From Okeania sp. (lineage in GTDB: Bacteria; Cyanobacteriota; Cyanobacteriia; Cyanobacteriales; Microcoleaceae): a stretch of DNA of 32,000 nt. The position numbers were made by a program, and so were the translations under genes. The notes under the pieces were generated by a model that worked only from the letters and a program-made list of their open reading frames with translations, did not search any database and was not told the DNA's origin. The DNA lies in assembly GCF_035285525.1 (NCBI RefSeq), contig NZ_JAYKGW010000098.1:353-32352 (forward strand), given 5' to 3'. Numbering within the stretch: the stretch's first letter is position 1; every line of letters starts with the position of its first letter. Of this stretch, positions 27,608 to 32,000 are shown one piece after another.

Positions 27608-29812
27608 TTAATTCTGATTCAGACCAAATATTTCATTCTTTGCACCATCAACAAATTGAGCCGTTCCTTCAAAAAGACAGGTAGAGCGGGTACTAACCCA
27701 CATCCCTATCTTGAAAGAGCCGTTAGATTGAATTTTTAAAGCAATGTGAGGATGGACAGAATTAGCAATTAAATTCCAGGGAATTAAGTCTCCTGCTTTA
27801 TACACTCCGTCATAATCTTTATCGGCAACAGTACCAGCAGATTGAGGATGCAGATTTTTATCAAAATTAATAACTTGTTCTTTTCCATCTTCTTCTATCA
27901 TTATCAAACTATAGCCTTCAGCAGTAGATTTAATGCTAGCTGATGTTATTTTTCTTGTATTCTCACTTTCTTCGGGTCGGTATGGCATGGAACAACTTAC
28001 CTTACCAACACTAGGTGGTTTTTTAGCACCCTCTATTAATAAAGAATAATATTGAGAATCTCGTGAGTCATCAATCTCGCCGTCAACTAGAATTACATAC
28101 TTGGCATCTTTCTTAGTTTCTTTGATTAACACCTGTTCTACATTGTCAAATTTATTCGGTCTATTTGTTACCGCATTTAGATCGGGTTTGTTTGGATTTA
28201 AACTCCAAGGATAATAAGTTTCATACCCATTTCCAGTAACCTCTCTCACCCGAAGGTCTAAATCATTGACAATATTTTTGCCTGGTTGATCCGTCCAAGC
28301 TATCGTTACTTTTAAAGGTTTTCTACCATCACTAATCACCTGGATAGGTTGTCTTTGTGGATACACTTTTTCTAGCAGAAACTTGTCAGACTTAGATTTA
28401 TTAGCTTTAGTTAGAAAATCAGCAGCCGCTTTAGCATCAACCAACCCCCAACCAAACTGATAATCAGGACCTTCGTTGCCCAAATCTTCTGCGGTATGAA
28501 TTAAAAGCCCTTTGATAGTTGCGCTAAAAGGTTTCTCACTATTTGTCGTCTCTTTAATAACACTTTCAGACTCTTGCCAAAGGTTTTGGAAATGTTCCAC
28601 CAATAATACTGCCGTACCTGTCACACTCGGAGCAGAATAGGAAGTACCGCTTCCCTTGTATGCTTTTAAATAACCACCAGAAGCACTCAAAAGGCGAGGT
28701 AACCGATAGCCATTACCAACAACATCTGGTTTAATTTGCCCAGTCTCAGTCGGACCCCAACCGGAAAAGTCGGTCATATTCTTTTCTCCATCGACAGCTC
28801 CAACGACAATTCCATTTTTCGTAGCTGCTTGAGGTACTATCGTGCGATAACCTCCAAAATATTCCCCATCTCCAGGTGGTGGTGTTGACTGAGAATAGTA
28901 TTTAGAAAATAAATAGAAACCTTCTTGAAAATCAAATCCAGATGTTCCCCATAGCTGTTGTAAGTATTTGCTTTTCTCTACATAAGCCACATACCAACCT
29001 GTTTGATAAACGTCTAAGTTACTCATGTTGTCGTCTCTATCATTTCCAGAGCTAAAAACACTTATTAGGTAAGGATAATCCTGAAGTATTTTATCTATTT
29101 TTTCTGATCCAGCTAATTCATAATTACCAAACCAATTGTGGGAACCTATAAATACTGGAAATTGACCTTTTAACTTAGGAAAGTTAACTACTCCTTCTGG
29201 CAAACTTGTAACATCAACCAATTGCCAACCAACTCCTAAACCATAAGAGTGATTGGAAGCAACAATGGAATTAGCTGCTTTTTTTAGACTTTTAAAATCA
29301 TTCTGTGCTGAATAACTTTCTATTTCAACACCTTGAGTCATCCCCGTAGAAAACTCTGATGGATTTCCTGTAGCAGCAATTATACCTGCTACAGCAGTGG
29401 CATGATCGCTAGACACACCTTCTTGAGACACTGTAACTCTGCCTTTTAATTTTTCATGTTCTTTGGAAACAGCCCATTTATGCTTACCTTTTCCCGATGC
29501 TTCCCAAACTCCAACCACAAAACCTTGACCGCTTAGGTTAAGGGGAGACGTCAACCAGATTCGGTCGGTTTTTATCGTCTGTGCTGCAACCGAACTGGTG
29601 GGCTTAACTATCTTCAAGTCTTCAGGAGGAATACCTGCACCAAGATAATAAACATCATCAGAAAGTTTGACCGGCTCTTCATTTAACCCTAAGTCTTCCA
29701 CTAAATCAATGCTGGCATTTGTTTCTGTTAGATCGATTTCAGGTTGGTTTAAATTACAACCGGTAGATAAAGATATAAGTAGTAGTAAAGCCAACAGTTT
29801 TGGGATTTTCAT
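27608..29812 (-). CDS. S8-family (subtilisin/kexin-like) serine peptidase lipoprotein with P-domain-like region
   Basis: Lipobox LSTGC. His motif SSDHATAVAGIIAA, Asn motif SNHSYG, Ser motif GTSYSAPSVTGTAVLL. A P-domain-like segment follows (LKVTIAWTDQPG..DLDLRV), then an unassigned C-terminal region of about 130 aa. Confidence 0.85.
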   Translation of the reverse strand: MKIPKLLALLLLISLSTGCNLNQPEIDLTETNASIDLVEDLGLNEEPVKLSDDVYYLGAGIPPEDLKIVKPTSSVAAQTIKTDRIWLTSPLNLSGQGFVVGVWEASGKGKHKWAVSKEHEKLKGRVTVSQEGVSSDHATAVAGIIAATGNPSEFSTGMTQGVEIESYSAQNDFKSLKKAANSIVASNHSYGLGVGWQLVDVTSLPEGVVNFPKLKGQFPVFIGSHNWFGNYELAGSEKIDKILQDYPYLISVFSSGNDRDDNMSNLDVYQTGWYVAYVEKSKYLQQLWGTSGFDFQEGFYLFSKYYSQSTPPPGDGEYFGGYRTIVPQAATKNGIVVGAVDGEKNMTDFSGWGPTETGQIKPDVVGNGYRLPRLLSASGGYLKAYKGSGTSYSAPSVTGTAVLLVEHFQNLWQESESVIKETTNSEKPFSATIKGLLIHTAEDLGNEGPDYQFGWGLVDAKAAADFLTKANKSKSDKFLLEKVYPQRQPIQVISDGRKPLKVTIAWTDQPGKNIVNDLDLRVREVTGNGYETYYPWSLNPNKPDLNAVTNRPNKFDNVEQVLIKETKKDAKYVILVDGEIDDSRDSQYYSLLIEGAKKPPSVGKVSCSMPYRPEESENTRKITSASIKSTAEGYSLIMIEEDGKEQVINFDKNLHPQSAGTVADKDYDGVYKAGDLIPWNLIANSVHPHIALKIQSNGSFKIGMWVSTRSTCLFEGTAQFVDGAKNEIFGLNQN

Positions 29813-29834
29813 TTGAGTAGTAGTTAATAGTATT

Positions 29835-30141
29835 AGGACTTACGCATAAGCGCTAATGGTAGGGATGTTGCATGCAAGTAATGGTAGGGACGTTGCATGC
29901 AAGTAATGGTAGGGACTTACGCATAAGCGCTAATGGTAGGGATGTTGCATGCAAGTAATGGTAGGGACGTTGCATGCAACGTCCCTACAGGTGTCTTTTC
30001 CGCGCTTGAGCGGACATCTTTGCACAGCATTCCCTATAGAAAAACGCTACGCGACATGTTTGCAGAGCATTGCGTCAGGAAAAAGCGCACTTTGTAACAC
30101 ACCAATACTCTAATATTATATAGCATTTCTGCGTAAGTCCT
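29835..30141. mobile_element. CAGGACTTAC-family MITE with an internal 77-bp duplication
   Basis: aggacttacgcataagcgctaatggtaggg occurs at 29835 and again at about 29912. The element ends gcgtaagtcct at 30141. Confidence 0.7.
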
Positions 30142-30147
30142 ATATTC

Positions 30148-30240
30148 ACAGGACTTACGCAGAAACGTTATTTGTAGAGGGCGAATGCCATTCGCCCCTA
30201 CTAGATATAGCGTTTGATCTCAGAATTTGCGTAAGTCCTG
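30148..30240. mobile_element. CAGGACTTAC-family MITE (short subtype)
   Basis: Runs from caggacttacgcagaaacg to atttgcgtaagtcctg. The interior hairpin is gagggcgaatgccattcgcccc. Confidence 0.75.
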
Positions 30241-30307
30241 ATTCATCTAAACTTCTTCCCTCAAAGCAAGACTTATTGCTGATAGCCGATCGCTGACAGC
30301 TCAATGC

Positions 30308-31327
<1,020 letters not shown>

Positions 31328-31898
31328 CTAAATAATTTTGATAGTCTTTAATAATAATCAAAAATTGACATCTAGTCAATGGAGATTAAGTAGATTAGTG
31401 TTAAAATTTGTCACTATGTAACAAAACTATAAACTTAAGAAAAGGGCGGAAAAATTAAGGGGGTTTTTTTCTACTGAGGACTTTGTACTGTCCAATAAAA
31501 TTTGTACAACTTATTTTTACATGAATCCTATGAAGAAAAAATTGATTATTCTTTTAACCAAATCATTTTCTTTTTCGTAAATACCTGGTACTTTTCAGTT
31601 ATCAGTAGTCAGGAGACAGAATAAAGAAGTTAGGATTTCCATAACTGTTCCTTAACAACTATGAAGCTCTGGCAACTGATAATTAAAAACCAAAAAATTA
31701 TAACTTATGCTCCTGGTAACTAAAATCATGTACTCGATAAAGTTATTAGCGAAACCGGTTTTCTCCGGTATAAACACCTTATATTCATGGCAACTTCAAG
31801 GCAGTTTAGATGATAAAATTGGTCTCTAGGCTAATATGAATGATTTTTTAGTCTGATATTAACCGCGATTACAAAATAACTATATCCCCTAAGTAAAA

Positions 31899-32000
31899 AT
31901 GTTAACTATTGGAACACAAAAAAGCGATAGAATTAGTACTATTACTAATACAACTTGGGCTGAATATATTAGTTTAGATTTGCCCAGTAAACAAGTTTCA
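31899..32000 (+). CDS. Possible 5' end of another Uma2-family (DUF820) gene, truncated by the window end
   Basis: MLTIGTQKSDRISTITNTTWAEYISLDLPSKQVS. The ..TWAEY..LD.. pattern resembles Uma2 N-termini. Only 34 codons are visible. Confidence 0.3.
   Translation, partial: MLTIGTQKSDRISTITNTTWAEYISLDLPSKQVS

Noticed and set aside
29835-29990. Possible CRISPR-like 27-nt repeats (aatggtagggaygttgcatgcaagt)
   Set aside because: The repeats are directly adjacent without spacers and are part of a duplicated MITE terminus.
31336-31363. Annotating a Zur/Fur box upstream of hemB as a feature
   Set aside because: The match to a 7-1-7 Fur-type palindrome is partial, and such AT-rich inverted repeats are expected by chance here. 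It is mentioned only as something to test.

Overview
AT-rich chromosomal segment that looks like a filamentous (Nostocales-type) cyanobacterium. Support: frequent HIP1 octamers (GCGATCGC), STRR-like heptamer runs, and cyanobacterial-type gene products. About 17 CDS look intact: gyrA (partial), an HDAC-family deacetylase, an ABC ATPase, an AMIN-like protein, clpS, a CPBP protease, a single-domain receiver, a TPR protein, an aldo/keto reductase, an M24 aminopeptidase, a 1211-aa Cache-HAMP-HK-REC-cyclase sensor, a COG0523 GTPase, an S8 peptidase and hemB. There are three decayed genes: a NACHT/HEAT remnant, a Uma2 nuclease and a frameshifted tnpB. Intergenic DNA is saturated with at least five families of MITE-like repeats and tandem arrays. 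I found no rRNA, tRNA or CRISPR array. The three most notable observations follow. (1) A 3,053-bp element has GTAAGC-type terminal inverted repeats and a perfect 8-bp target-site duplication. It carries the S8 peptidase gene and sits exactly between hemB and the COG0523 gene; removing it in silico restores a tight hemB-COG0523 junction. (2) An IS200/IS605-type tnpB element has matching end hairpins and carries a small ribbon-helix-helix gene where tnpA would normally be. (3) The sensor's class III cyclase domain has Glu/Ala at the two substrate-specifying positions instead of Lys/Asp(Thr). No homology search or RNA folding was possible, so all product calls rest on motifs read by eye.
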